A stretch of DNA of 64,000 nucleotides from Cyanobacteriota bacterium (GCA_046045965.1 JBJOKS010000012.1:32001-96000), one strand, 5' to 3'. Positions 40,571 through 51,162 are shown, counted from the stretch's first letter. The notes: generated from the sequence alone by a model not told the origin. Numbers and translations are program-made.

Positions 40571-42436
40571 TTACCCATTACCCATTAGGTGCTTTATCGG
40601 CAAAGTAATCACAAACTTTGTTCCCTCTCCCACAGCCGAAACCACCTCTATTTTACCCTGGTGCTTATCAATTATTTGATAACAAATACTCAAACCTAAG
40701 CCCGTACCTTGTCCTACTGGCTTAGTAGTGAAAAAAGGGTCAAATAGCTTAGTGATAATTTCCGGTAAAATTCCTTCTCCATTATCTTTAATTCCTACTT
40801 TAATATATTGATCATCAACTTTTGATGTCTCTATAACTATTTGTTTATTAGCTTGCTTTTTAGATTCTATCAGTGCATCTATAGCATTACTAATAATATT
40901 CATAAATACCTGATTCAGTTGCGCTGGATAACAATCAATTAAAGGCAAATCACCATATTTTTTAATAACTTTAATTTCTTGATTCAGGCGATGATTTAAA
41001 ATTAATAAAGTATTATCAATACCTTCATGAATATCCACATCCTTCATTTCAGATTCATCTAATCTGGAGAAATTACGCAACGACAACACAATTTCCCGAA
41101 TACGCTGAGATCCTACTTTCATCGATGACAACATTTTTGACAAATCTTCCATCAGAAATTCTAAATCTATTTCTTCAATTTTCTCCTCAATGAACAAATT
41201 TTTATCAGGATATTGTTCTTGATACAAATTTAATAAACTGATTAAATCTTGCAGATAATTTTCCGCACATTGAATATTACCATAAATAAAGTTAACAGGA
41301 TTATTAATTTCATGGGCTATCCCTGCTACCATTTCCCCAAGAGAAGACATCTTTTCTGTTTGAATTAATTGCGCTTGGGTATTTTTTAAATCTTGCAGTG
41401 CTTGTTGCAGTTCTTGAGTTCTTTCTTCTACCCTTTGTTCTAAAGTTCGTTGTGCTTGTCGCAGTTCTTGAGTTCTTTCTTCTACCCTTTGTTCTAAAGT
41501 TTTGCGAGCAAATTCAAGCTGTTCTGTATAATCTCCCACCCATTCCACTAATCTATTTAAAGATGCTGCTAATGTCCCTACTTCATCATTGCTGATCACA
41601 TTAGCTCTGATGTTAAAATTTGATTCTTCCGTGATCTTCCTAGCAGTATTAGTAACCGCTTGTAGTGGACGAGTAATTAATTTAGTAGTGAAAAATGCGA
41701 GAGCTACTGCTATGAAAGATGACAATACTATACCACTAATAATAATTTGAACTCGCAGTTCTTTAGCTTTAGCAAAACTAATATTTGCCTCATCTCTTTG
41801 AGTATCTGCACTTTTAATAATTTGATTTAGCTGCTCTGAAAGTCTCTCAAATTCAATATTAAGCTTAGTATATTCTGGATCATTGAGTAAGATTAAGAGA
41901 ATAGACTGTGCAGAACTATTTTTTTGAAATGTTAAGCTATTTCCTTCTAGATATCTCCAAAAACCTTGGATAGTTGCCGTATATAACTGTGTAGTATTTT
42001 GATATCCTTCCACTAAGATTGTAAAATTGCTATCATTTACAGCCAGAACATTAGGGTTGTCTTGGATGAACTTTCTGAGTTGAGATAATTGTTGATTAAC
42101 TTGAGTAATATTATCAGAAAACTGCTCTTTTTCAAAATCTAACAAAACATAATTTTCTATGACATTAGCTAATCTTTGCGGATACATTCTGATTGTGGTT
42201 ACTGCATTTTTTAAATCTTTCAAAAGTAATTGTTGTTGATAAGATATTAATAATTGCTTCTGAGCGGTTTCTTCATAGTGATTGGCAATCAACAAACCAC
42301 TTGCTGTCCCTATAGCAGCAATGCTCAGTATGACTGTATAACCAAAAGTTATTTTCTTGGCTATATTCCAATTATTGGTTAAGTAGCCAAGATGTAGTAA
42401 AAAAGGTTTTATCTTTCTCTTAATAATATATATCAT
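40571..42436 (-). CDS. Membrane HAMP-domain sensor histidine kinase
   Basis: Two TMs, HAMP (DEVGTLA..LN), H-box AHEINNP, N/G boxes, FDPFFTTK, GTGLGL. Confidence 0.93.
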   Translation of the reverse strand: MIYIIKRKIKPFLLHLGYLTNNWNIAKKITFGYTVILSIAAIGTASGLLIANHYEETAQKQLLISYQQQLLLKDLKNAVTTIRMYPQRLANVIENYVLLDFEKEQFSDNITQVNQQLSQLRKFIQDNPNVLAVNDSNFTILVEGYQNTTQLYTATIQGFWRYLEGNSLTFQKNSSAQSILLILLNDPEYTKLNIEFERLSEQLNQIIKSADTQRDEANISFAKAKELRVQIIISGIVLSSFIAVALAFFTTKLITRPLQAVTNTARKITEESNFNIRANVISNDEVGTLAASLNRLVEWVGDYTEQLEFARKTLEQRVEERTQELRQAQRTLEQRVEERTQELQQALQDLKNTQAQLIQTEKMSSLGEMVAGIAHEINNPVNFIYGNIQCAENYLQDLISLLNLYQEQYPDKNLFIEEKIEEIDLEFLMEDLSKMLSSMKVGSQRIREIVLSLRNFSRLDESEMKDVDIHEGIDNTLLILNHRLNQEIKVIKKYGDLPLIDCYPAQLNQVFMNIISNAIDALIESKKQANKQIVIETSKVDDQYIKVGIKDNGEGILPEIITKLFDPFFTTKPVGQGTGLGLSICYQIIDKHQGKIEVVSAVGEGTKFVITLPIKHLMGNG

Positions 42437-42707
42437 TCATTTATCAACTAATTTAATAAACCTGCGTATCATTTTTTTAATTCAAATCACGGATCATATC
42501 ATCAACAAAGTTATTTGTTGTAACTAATTGTATTCATCAACTTTAGCAAAAGCTCTTGTAGAAATTATTGCTTTCTCCAATATTCTGACTCCTGTACAGG
42601 CGGGGTAACTTCTGAAAATGAATATATCTGGCGATAGATTCAAAATTATCATGACGGTTGTTGGATTAGTTGGGATATTAATCTACCAGCTAGATTCACT
42701 TAACTAA

Positions 42708-43286
42708 ATGCAGCCATCTCTTTTTGTAAAAATCGCTACAGTAGGTTTATTTTCTGTTGGGAGTTTCAGTGTAGCTGCGGGAAGTTTTCTCTTCACAAAA
42801 ACTTTAAGCAATACTGCAACAGCACAGATAATTACTGATATATCACGCTATCCAGAAATTCGCAATCAAAAATGGTCTGATATTCACCAAATAAAACATT
42901 TTCCTGTAGAAATTATAGGTGGTGCTAAGGCCTTATCTATGGCTTACTCTCCTGGTTTGATGCAAGGAAGCAGTTTTTTTCAAATCCGTCTTCAACAGCC
43001 TCCAGATCAGATTCAAAAATTACTTTCACAGTACAGTAAAATTGCAGTGCATCAGTATTGGGGAGGTGATACAAACGACCATATCAAACAGGCTAATGGT
43101 GTACCCACAACTTTTTTTTATACTGGCAAATCTGAGGATCTAGCTTTTCCCAATACATATCAAATATTGGTATTAAAGGCACAAGATCAAGGTCAGCCTG
43201 GGTTTCAATGGCAGCATGGTCATAGCTATGGAGTTGCTATTGATAGTTCAGCCTCAGAAATTATCTATTGGGTAGAGAAATGGTAA
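42708..43286 (+). CDS. Hypothetical protein with signal peptide or TM anchor
   Basis: 192-aa ORF with hydrophobic N-terminus, followed by STRR arrays. Confidence 0.7.
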   Translation: MQPSLFVKIATVGLFSVGSFSVAAGSFLFTKTLSNTATAQIITDISRYPEIRNQKWSDIHQIKHFPVEIIGGAKALSMAYSPGLMQGSSFFQIRLQQPPDQIQKLLSQYSKIAVHQYWGGDTNDHIKQANGVPTTFFYTGKSEDLAFPNTYQILVLKAQDQGQPGFQWQHGHSYGVAIDSSASEIIYWVEKW

Positions 43287-43386
43287 TTGGTAATTGGTAA
43301 TTGGTAATTGGTAATGGGTAATTAGTAAACTTCCTTCAGTCACCAGTCACCAGTCACCAGTCCCCAGTCCCCAGTCCCCAGTCCCT
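43280..43386. repeat. STRR arrays (TGGTAAT)n and (CAGTCAC/CAGTCCC)n
   Basis: Directly visible; more STRRs at 8046-8073, 18405-18440, 26085-26105, 34816-34845, 37487-37515, 40498-40560, 46414-46530. Confidence 0.9.
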
Positions 43387-43493
43387 AACTATTACAGTTC
43401 GTTGCAAATCAATAAGCTAAGTAAAACAAATATGATAAGTTTTGATCATGTTCAGACAACCGCACAAAATTGATCAAGGAGAATACAGTGGCA

Positions 43494-43694
43494 ATGGAAT
43501 CAAATGTATTAACTGGCGCAGTTGCAGAAAACCAAGATATCAGTGAATATGTGGCGCATCTACAATTGCACATGACACTCCAAGCTCGCAACCTGGTTCC
43601 AACCCTCAAACATATACAAGAAGATAGTCGCCAACAGTTACTTCATCAAACCCAAGCTTACTTTGAAAAGCTGGCTTCTCGACAGGGTTTATAG
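43494..43694 (+). CDS. Small hypothetical protein
   Basis: ISEYVAHLQLHMTLQARNLVP; GGAG upstream; followed by a terminator-like hairpin. Confidence 0.7.
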   Translation: MESNVLTGAVAENQDISEYVAHLQLHMTLQARNLVPTLKHIQEDSRQQLLHQTQAYFEKLASRQGL

Positions 43695-43740
43695 AACCGT
43701 TTATAATATAGAAAAATTTCACAAAAAAATCATAAAATAG

Positions 43741-43795
43741 AAGCAGAAATGATGCTGTCTACGCTGACAGTGTCATCACAATTTCTGCTTTTTAT
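43741..43795 (+). terminator. Long hairpin plus T run
   Basis: AAGCAGAAAT...ATTTCTGCTT inverted repeat with inner GATG..TGTC/GACA..CATC, then Ts. Confidence 0.6.
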
Positions 43796-43929
43796 GCTTT
43801 TTTCGGTATGTAGTTGCGAAAATCACTCTTTTGGAGCAATAGCTAGGAGTGAAAAGCCGTTAAGATTATTATTGCAGCAGTACCTCACCGATCGCAATTA
43901 GTAAAGGCTAAATGGCGGCTTGAATCAAA

Positions 43930-45162
43930 ATGAATTCACTACTTCCTCGAAATCTCAGCCTCGTAATTCGTCCCGTCCAATATCGGGATCTGGACGGTAT
44001 TGAACGCCTCACACAAGATTCCTTTGCGGATCTATCTCCCAAAGGCAGCTTTTTTACCATACAATGGCTGCGTCACTGGTTTGGGTTGCTCAAGTTTTTG
44101 AGTTGGTTTCCCAACCCATTACAATATCGCTTCTGTGGATTTGTAGCAGAACAAGGGCGATCGCTGCTGGCGATGATTCAAGTGTCACCATTTAACCGTA
44201 CCCGCAGCACTTGGCGCATTGACAGGGTGATGCTAGACCGTGCAGTTGATAAGCAAGGGGTAGGCTCACAACTGCTACGACACTGCTTTGAATCAATTTT
44301 AGAAGCTCGTACCTGGCTACTAGAAGTTAATATTAATGATGTTGAAGCCCTAGCACTTTATCGGCAAAATGGCTTTCAGCGGTTGGCAGAAATGACCTAC
44401 TGGGAAATTAGCCCAGAGTTACTGCGGGAATTAGCACAAGCAGAACCAGACTTACCCAACCTCTTACCAGTCAGTAATGCTGATGCACCATTGTTATATC
44501 AACTAGATACAGCATCCATGCCGCCTTTGGTACGTCAGGTTTTTGACCGCCACACCCATGACTTCAAAACCAGTTTATTTGGCGTTCTCTCTGATGCGAT
44601 TAAGCAATGGGTGACTAAAACAGAAGTTGTTAGCGGCTATGTGTTTGAACCCCAACGCAAAGCAGCTATTGGCTATTTTCAGGTACAACTTGACCGGAAA
44701 GGCGAAAATCCTCATGTAGCGAGTTTGACGGTTCACCCGGCTTATACCTGGTTGTATCCAGAATTATTATCCCAACTAGCTCGCATCGCCCAAGATTTTC
44801 CCCAACAAGGTTTACAACTGGCTTCCTCTGATTATCAGCCAGAACGGGAAGAATATTTAGAAAGAATTGGTGCTAAACGCATTGAACATACACTGATTAT
44901 GTCCCGCTCAGTTTGGCATAAAATCCGCGAATCAAAATTAGTTTCCTTGGAAGGAATTCAGTGGCCGGAAGTGCTGCAAGGACTACAACCAGCACGTAAA
45001 CCCATACCAGGGGGAATGTCATGGGTTCCCAAACACCAGCCCACCTCAGACCGCCCAGCACCAACTAAATCAGAAATTGTTGCATTTGGCAGTCAAAAAT
45101 TTCATAATATGGAAATATCTCGCCAATCTGAACCACCAGAGGCACAGCAGGAGAATAATTAG
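43930..45162 (+). CDS. GNAT family N-acetyltransferase
   Basis: KQGVGSQLL, LEVNINDVEALALYRQNGF; tandem GNAT folds. Confidence 0.85.
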   Translation: MNSLLPRNLSLVIRPVQYRDLDGIERLTQDSFADLSPKGSFFTIQWLRHWFGLLKFLSWFPNPLQYRFCGFVAEQGRSLLAMIQVSPFNRTRSTWRIDRVMLDRAVDKQGVGSQLLRHCFESILEARTWLLEVNINDVEALALYRQNGFQRLAEMTYWEISPELLRELAQAEPDLPNLLPVSNADAPLLYQLDTASMPPLVRQVFDRHTHDFKTSLFGVLSDAIKQWVTKTEVVSGYVFEPQRKAAIGYFQVQLDRKGENPHVASLTVHPAYTWLYPELLSQLARIAQDFPQQGLQLASSDYQPEREEYLERIGAKRIEHTLIMSRSVWHKIRESKLVSLEGIQWPEVLQGLQPARKPIPGGMSWVPKHQPTSDRPAPTKSEIVAFGSQKFHNMEISRQSEPPEAQQENN

Positions 45163-45163
45163 A

Positions 45164-45640
45164 GTGATACCTCAGCCGCAATCAAAATCTTTTATATCCG
45201 CCTTGGGTCTGGATGTCGGTAGCAAGCGCATCGGTCTGGCTGGGTGTGATGGTACTGGTTTGATTGCCACAGGTATAACTACAATAGAACGCAGATCCTT
45301 TCAAGAGGATGTAGAGCAAATACAACAAATTTTGCATGAACGCCAAGTTCAAGTTCTGGTGGTTGGTCTACCATATTCAATGGATGGATCTTTAGGGTTT
45401 CAAGCTCGACACGTCCAGAAATTTGCTAAGAGGTTGGCTAAAGCTGTGCAACTGCCTGTGGAATACGTCGATGAGCGATTAACTTCTTTTCAGGCAGAAC
45501 AAATGCTGATTGCGGAAAATCGCTCTCCATCACGTCATAAGGGTTTGATTGACCGGAAAGCCGCAGCTTTAATTTTGCAACAGTGGCTAGATGCTAGACG
45601 CAGCACCGCCAACAGATCAGTAGCATTTGTTGAGGATTAA
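45164..45640 (+). CDS. ruvX: YqgF/RuvX family nuclease
   Basis: ALGLDVGSKRIGLA, VVGLP, VDERLTS, IDRKAAALILQ; GTG start at 45164. Confidence 0.92.
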   Translation: MIPQPQSKSFISALGLDVGSKRIGLAGCDGTGLIATGITTIERRSFQEDVEQIQQILHERQVQVLVVGLPYSMDGSLGFQARHVQKFAKRLAKAVQLPVEYVDERLTSFQAEQMLIAENRSPSRHKGLIDRKAAALILQQWLDARRSTANRSVAFVED

Positions 45641-45771
45641 TACCTTTGAACATGGTATTCTAAAAACTATTACTCAACTGTATATCCAGCTTTTTAGCTG
45701 ACATTGGCTGTCATAAAACAGTTAAATGATTTGCATAGGTTTGAGTATTGATAAATTTACATAATATGACT

Positions 45772-46344
45772 ATGTATTACTCTGAATTTTCTGAAGAACA
45801 TGATCGTGCTGATGCTGATGTTATTACCTTGACAGATGAAAAAGGGCGATCGCTCGAATGTTATATTGAGCATTCCCTCTCGGTAGACGGACAAGAATAT
45901 GTTTTACTTCTACCTGTTGATACCCCAATAGAAATTTTTGCTTGGGAAGGTGATGGCGAAGAAGAAGAAGCAATTTTGGTAGAAGATGATGCCATCATTG
46001 ACGAGATTTTTACCACCGCTCAAGCAGTTCTCTCTGAGCAAAATTTGATCATCAAAAATACTGCTTATGCTTTGACAGTAGCCGGTGAATTGCCACCAGT
46101 AGAAGAATCAGAAATCTTCACCCTAGAAATTGAAGATGAAGAAGCTGATTTGGAACCGGAGCAACTACAGCTACTGGCTAGTTTCTATCATCAAAACCAA
46201 GAGTATGCAGTTTACACCCCCCTCGATCCGCTGCTGTTTTTTGCCCGCATTACCAAGTTAGGTGAGCCTAAATTGCTCTCTCCCGAAGAATTCCGTCAAG
46301 TCCAACCGCTCTTAGAAGAACATCTGTTTAATCAGGTGGAATAA
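45772..46344 (+). CDS. DUF3727/DUF1292 domain acidic protein
   Basis: LTDEKGRSLECYIE, EYVLLLPVD, YTPLDP; conserved ruvX-yqeG neighbourhood. Confidence 0.8.
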   Translation: MYYSEFSEEHDRADADVITLTDEKGRSLECYIEHSLSVDGQEYVLLLPVDTPIEIFAWEGDGEEEEAILVEDDAIIDEIFTTAQAVLSEQNLIIKNTAYALTVAGELPPVEESEIFTLEIEDEEADLEPEQLQLLASFYHQNQEYAVYTPLDPLLFFARITKLGEPKLLSPEEFRQVQPLLEEHLFNQVE

Positions 46345-46555
46345 TGAGCAAGTAAAATGAATTTTTCCATTGCTAATCTCCTCTTAATTAGCAGTGGAAT
46401 TTTGTTACAGTAGGCAGGAGGCAGGAGGCAGGAGGCAGGAGGCAGGAGGTAAATATTTTTCCCTATCTCCCCTACACCCTACACCCTACAGCCTATTCCT
46501 TGTCACCTGTCACCTGTTCCCTGTTCCCTGATGTATGAATTATGAATTATGAATT

Positions 46556-47098
46556 ATGATGACTTGGAATAATCTCTTACAGCCTGACTTGATTTTAGAA
46601 GGTTCAGTGTTGAACCTGACACCAGATATCATCCAACAATATGGACTCAAAGGGCTAGTATTGGATGTAGATGAAACCTTAGTACCAATTACTGTCAGTA
46701 CAGCTTCCCCAGAAATGCAAAAGTGGGTAGAAGAAATGCGTTGCTGTGCTGCACTGTGGTTAGTTAGCAACAACTTAAGTGAAACCCGAATTGGTAGTAT
46801 TGCTCGTTCTTTGAATCTCCCCTACTATCTGGGTGCTGCTAAACCCTCACGGCGCAAACTTAGGGCAGCACTGCAAGGTATGAATTTACCTGTACATCAA
46901 GTGGGTATGGTAGGCGATCGCTTGTTTACCGATGTTATAGCAGGTAATCGCTTAGGAATGTTTACAATCTTAGTAGAACCAATTGTTCATGCAGATACCG
47001 TCCTTCGTTCTCATCCTATCCGCAACTTTGAAGTCTGGGTATCAGAAATACTCGGCGCTTCTATCACTCCCAAGCACACAAAAATTAACAAAGATTGA
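46556..47098 (+). CDS. yqeG: YqeG family HAD IIIA phosphatase
   Basis: LVLDVDETL, VSNN, AAKP, MVGDRLFTDV. Confidence 0.9.
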   Translation: MMTWNNLLQPDLILEGSVLNLTPDIIQQYGLKGLVLDVDETLVPITVSTASPEMQKWVEEMRCCAALWLVSNNLSETRIGSIARSLNLPYYLGAAKPSRRKLRAALQGMNLPVHQVGMVGDRLFTDVIAGNRLGMFTILVEPIVHADTVLRSHPIRNFEVWVSEILGASITPKHTKINKD

Positions 47099-47233
47099 TA
47101 AATCATTAGAAAACTAAATCTAAAGAAATACTTAAGAAATCTCAAGTTTCTCCCAAAATCGGAGACTATAAGTATTAATAACATCGGGTCAAGCAAATAA
47201 AGACCCTAGACGATAACAGATAAACATAAACCC

Positions 47234-47282
47234 GTACAGCGTCAACCTTCACCATAGAGGGATTGGCGCTGTACAATTTTTT
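47234..47282 (+). terminator. Stem-loop plus T run upstream of proB
   Basis: GTACAGCGTCAA...TTGGCGCTGTAC followed by aatttttt. Confidence 0.6.
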
Positions 47283-47342
47283 AGGTATTGATAGGTGACA
47301 GGTGACAGAAGAGAATAACAAATAGCTAATGACTAATGACTA

Positions 47343-48452
47343 ATGACTAAAACAATTGTTGTTAAAATCGGTACATCTAGCCTGACGCAACCAGAAACGG
47401 GACAATTAGCCCTTTCTACTATTGCCAGCTTAACGGAAACCCTATGTAATTTAAGACACCAAAGGCATAATGTAATTTTAGTTTCCTCTGGTGCTGTGGG
47501 AGTGGGTTGTGCGCGTCTGGGTTTAACAGAACGTCCCAAGGCGATCGCCCTCAAACAAGCAGTAGCAGCAGTTGGGCAAGGTCGCTTAATGCGTATATAT
47601 GACGATTTATTTACTACCTTGCAACAACCAATAGCCCAAGTATTATTAACGAGAGCAGATTTAGTACAACGTAGCCGCTATCTTAATGCTTATAATACTT
47701 TTCAGGAATTACTAGGACTGGGAGTAATTCCCATAGTTAACGAAAATGATACAGTTGCAGTAGAAGAATTAAAATTTGGCGATAATGACACCCTTTCCGC
47801 CTTAGTTGCCAGCTTAGTCGAAGCAGATTGGTTATTTTTACTGACAGACGTTGATAGATTATATTCAGCAGATCCCCGGACTGTACCCGATGCTCGTCCT
47901 ATCAGTTTAATCAGTAATATGAAGGAATTAGCGGAATTACAGATTCAAACTGGGGGACAGGGTTCACAGTGGGGTACTGGGGGGATGGTAACAAAAATAT
48001 CCGCTGCCAGAATTGCGATCGCTGCGGGAGTGAGAACTGTAATAACTCAAGGACGTTTTCCCCACAACATTGAAAAAATTATTCAAGGGGAACTCATAGG
48101 AACACACTTTGCACCCCAACCAGAACCTACATCAGCGAGAAAACGCTGGATAGCGTATGGTTTAGTTCCAGCAGGGAAATTATATTTAGATGATGGTGCA
48201 ATTACAGCTATTTCTCAAGCAGGAAAATCCTTATTACCAGCAGGAATTAAAACAGTAGAAGGGGAATTTGATAACCAAGAAGCAGTGCAGATATGTGATA
48301 GTAATGGTAATGAAATTGCCAGAGGTTTGGTGAATTATAACAGCGAAGAACTACAAAAAATTCGTGGTTGTCATTCACGGGATATTGAAGGAATTTTAGG
48401 TTATGCAGGTGCAGAAACCGTCATTCATAGAGATAATTTAGTTTTAACATAA
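47343..48452 (+). CDS. proB: Glutamate 5-kinase with PUA domain
   Basis: [36 protein letters not shown]. Confidence 0.96.
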   Translation: MTKTIVVKIGTSSLTQPETGQLALSTIASLTETLCNLRHQRHNVILVSSGAVGVGCARLGLTERPKAIALKQAVAAVGQGRLMRIYDDLFTTLQQPIAQVLLTRADLVQRSRYLNAYNTFQELLGLGVIPIVNENDTVAVEELKFGDNDTLSALVASLVEADWLFLLTDVDRLYSADPRTVPDARPISLISNMKELAELQIQTGGQGSQWGTGGMVTKISAARIAIAAGVRTVITQGRFPHNIEKIIQGELIGTHFAPQPEPTSARKRWIAYGLVPAGKLYLDDGAITAISQAGKSLLPAGIKTVEGEFDNQEAVQICDSNGNEIARGLVNYNSEELQKIRGCHSRDIEGILGYAGAETVIHRDNLVLT

Positions 48453-48601
48453 AATCAATATTAGCCCCTTTTTTAAGGGGGGTTGGGGGGATATAATTTT
48501 TGGGAATCTTGCAATTCCTACAAGGTTTGATATGACTGAACCGCAAAGAACGCAAAGGACACAAAGGTAAGAGGATTTAAGAGAGTTGAATTTTTACCAT
48601 A

Positions 48602-48633
48602 AACTGTATTCCCTGTCAGAGACAGGGGACAAG
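48602..48633. repeat. REP-like palindromic direct repeat, copy 1 (copy 2 at 49556-49587)
   Basis: AACTGTATTCCCTGTCAGAGACAGGG[G/A]ACAAG, 31/32 identical. Confidence 0.9.
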
Positions 48634-48676
48634 AAAATATAAAGGTTGATAAATTAGCGGTAGCATGGAGGTGTGG

Positions 48677-49039
48677 GTGAGTCGATTATCTGAAGAGGAG
48701 ATTTTTCAAGAAATTGGTAAAATAATTCAAAATTTTGACCTTTATCAATGTGATGATTGTGCTAGGGCTATATACCAATGGTTACAAAATAACAATATTC
48801 AAGCTAAAATTCTCAAATTAAAAACAAAAAACAGAACAGATGAATATATTTTGAGTAATCGTTTAGAAAGACAGGATATCACAAATTCAATTACACAAAA
48901 TGGTACTCATTATGGAGTGGAAGTTTTCGGTAAAGTTTTTGATAATCTCTCAGTTGAAGGAATGACGCGAGAAGATTGGGTGAATGATTTTGATTGTCTC
49001 AGCCGTGAGTTTATTATCACTGAAATAGATTTGCTATAG
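48677..49039 (+). CDS. Papain-fold toxin (Tox-PL-2-like) standalone domain
   Basis: QCDDCA (catalytic Cys), ITQNGTHYGVEV.GKVFDNL (His, Asp); GGAGG 5-6 bp before the GTG at 48677. Confidence 0.75.
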   Translation: MSRLSEEEIFQEIGKIIQNFDLYQCDDCARAIYQWLQNNNIQAKILKLKTKNRTDEYILSNRLERQDITNSITQNGTHYGVEVFGKVFDNLSVEGMTREDWVNDFDCLSREFIITEIDLL

Positions 49040-49072
49040 TAAGAGAATCACAACCATAGTCAGGAGGTTAAT

Positions 49073-49441
49073 ATGGCAGGAATATATGAAGTTTTACAGA
49101 AAATCAAAGATAGACCAGGAATGTATATTGGTAATTCTTCCATTACTGTTTTACGTCATTTTTTAGTAGGATATAAATTCGCCAGGAATGAGTTAGGAGT
49201 GGAATTAAATCAGGAAGAAGCAGATTTTTACGAAAATTTTCAGCCTTGGATACAGCAACATTTTAATGTGAGAACTTCCAATTCTTGGGCGAATATTATT
49301 TTGCTATTTACTCGTGATGAAAAAGATGCTTTTAACAGGTTTTTTACTTTGTTAGAGGAATTTCAACAGCGTGATCAAAATCAAGATATAAAAGCTACGC
49401 GGAAAGAATTTGATCATGAAAACCTACTATCAAAATTATGA
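49073..49441 (+). CDS. Hypothetical protein, candidate immunity/antitoxin partner
   Basis: LQKIKDRPGMYIG..SI..L..FL.GY...FQPWI...SW..II...F..FF.LLEEF; strong AGGAGG RBS; directly downstream of the toxin. Confidence 0.7.
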   Translation: MAGIYEVLQKIKDRPGMYIGNSSITVLRHFLVGYKFARNELGVELNQEEADFYENFQPWIQQHFNVRTSNSWANIILLFTRDEKDAFNRFFTLLEEFQQRDQNQDIKATRKEFDHENLLSKL

Positions 49442-49590
49442 AAAATGATACAAATATATATTCTCCTCCTTCTCCTCGTTCCCAGGTTCTACCTGGGAAT
49501 GCAATCAAGAAGGCTCTGCCTTCTGCTAACATTAAACATGAGTCAGAGACTCATTAACTGTATTCCCTGTCAGAGACAGGGAACAAGTAA

Positions 49591-51162
49591 TTAAACTTTT
49601 GCCTGATTCAAATTCACAACATCTTGTAATCTCGAAATCACAAAAGACTTCTCTAAATAAGAGAACAAACCACCAGCTTTTGGACCACGTTCTTTATTTA
49701 AAAACGCCAAATATAAGGCTTTAAAAGCATTCGCTGGAGGTATTTGTAATTCCTTAGTAGTTGAGAAAATCACAGTTTGCAATGCTTCCGCTTCCCAGTT
49801 AGCAGCATTTTCTAAATTCTCCGCTAACTTCTGTACATAAGTAACCTGTTCAGCAGTTAAGGTATTAGCTTTTTCGGGAACTTGTTCTAAGTAAAGAACT
49901 AACTTTTCTTCTTCATCAGCGTAATCTTGCAACCATTTTTGAGCAGAAGCGATTCTTTGATCTACAATGAATTGATCATACTCATTTAAAGGCTGTTGAC
50001 TACGTTGTACAACCTCATCCTGAATATTTAAACGCGGAACTTGCAACAGCGAAATCAATGTACTGTAATCAAAAGGTTGGAAAGGTTTAATTTCATCACC
50101 CAATTGAGCATAAAATAAAGACATTAATTCTTCAGTTAATTCAGAATTATCTTGATACTTACTAATTAAAGTATCGTAATCCCTAAATAACCGAGTAACT
50201 GTTTCATAGTTGGGAGAAAAATTAATTACTGTTCTGGGTTGCGTTCTTAACATTAAAAACCGTAATAACTCAGGTGGTAATAAATCCGCAATTTCCCTAG
50301 CACTAGAACCCACACCCTTAGATGAACTCATTTTTGTGCCATTAACAAGAATAAATTCATAAGGTGAATGAAAAGGCGGTTGTTTTTGTAAAACTTTGCG
50401 AGAAATAGCATTTGCAACATCCCTAGAACCACCTTTTTGAGAGTGGTCTTTTCCTGCCATTTCAATAGTTACACCTAACACATCCCATTTAGCTACCCAT
50501 TCCACTTTCCAGGGTAATTTACCATTACCATTAAAAGGAGAAACCCAACCAGAATGACCACAACCTTTTGTATAGTCAGTTGCATCTGGGTTACAAGTGT
50601 AAAAAACTTCTGAACCGTTATAATCTGTGGTTACAGTTGTGGCGATTTTACCGCAATTTTCACAAATAACTTGAAAAGGATACCAGTTATTGGGTCGGTC
50701 TGCTTTACTTACTTCTTTATATGCTTCTCTGACAAGATGAGCATTTTTTAAGAAAGTGTCAATGTGGGAATTAAGTTTACCAGAACGATATAAATCACGT
50801 AAAAAATAAGTTTCTGGTTTAATTCCTAAATACTCGAAAATTTCAAAAAATTCGCCAATGAAATATTTAGCATAATCACTCGCACCCTCACCAGGAGAAG
50901 GTACATTACACAGTGGAAAACCCAAATATGGTTTAAATTTTTCTTTGTCTAAATATTTGGGAACGGTATCCAACGCGTCGTAGTCATCCACACCGTACAT
51001 GAATTTTACGGGCTTACCTGCGTGTTTTAAGGCACGGTAAATAACGTCATGGATAACCACACCCCGCAATGATCCGACGTGTACTCTCCCTGAAGGAGTT
51101 TTAGAATCATTAACTACCTGGTAGCCTTGTGCATCAGCAGCGATTTTATCAGCCCAAAACAT
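49591..51162 (-). CDS. lysS: Class I lysyl-tRNA synthetase
   Basis: MFWAD, TPSGRVHVGS (HIGH-like), CENCG and CGH Zn motifs, KLPWKVEW..KW, GKDH, KMSSSKG, GPKAG. Confidence 0.93.
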   Translation of the reverse strand: MFWADKIAADAQGYQVVNDSKTPSGRVHVGSLRGVVIHDVIYRALKHAGKPVKFMYGVDDYDALDTVPKYLDKEKFKPYLGFPLCNVPSPGEGASDYAKYFIGEFFEIFEYLGIKPETYFLRDLYRSGKLNSHIDTFLKNAHLVREAYKEVSKADRPNNWYPFQVICENCGKIATTVTTDYNGSEVFYTCNPDATDYTKGCGHSGWVSPFNGNGKLPWKVEWVAKWDVLGVTIEMAGKDHSQKGGSRDVANAISRKVLQKQPPFHSPYEFILVNGTKMSSSKGVGSSAREIADLLPPELLRFLMLRTQPRTVINFSPNYETVTRLFRDYDTLISKYQDNSELTEELMSLFYAQLGDEIKPFQPFDYSTLISLLQVPRLNIQDEVVQRSQQPLNEYDQFIVDQRIASAQKWLQDYADEEEKLVLYLEQVPEKANTLTAEQVTYVQKLAENLENAANWEAEALQTVIFSTTKELQIPPANAFKALYLAFLNKERGPKAGGLFSYLEKSFVISRLQDVVNLNQAKV

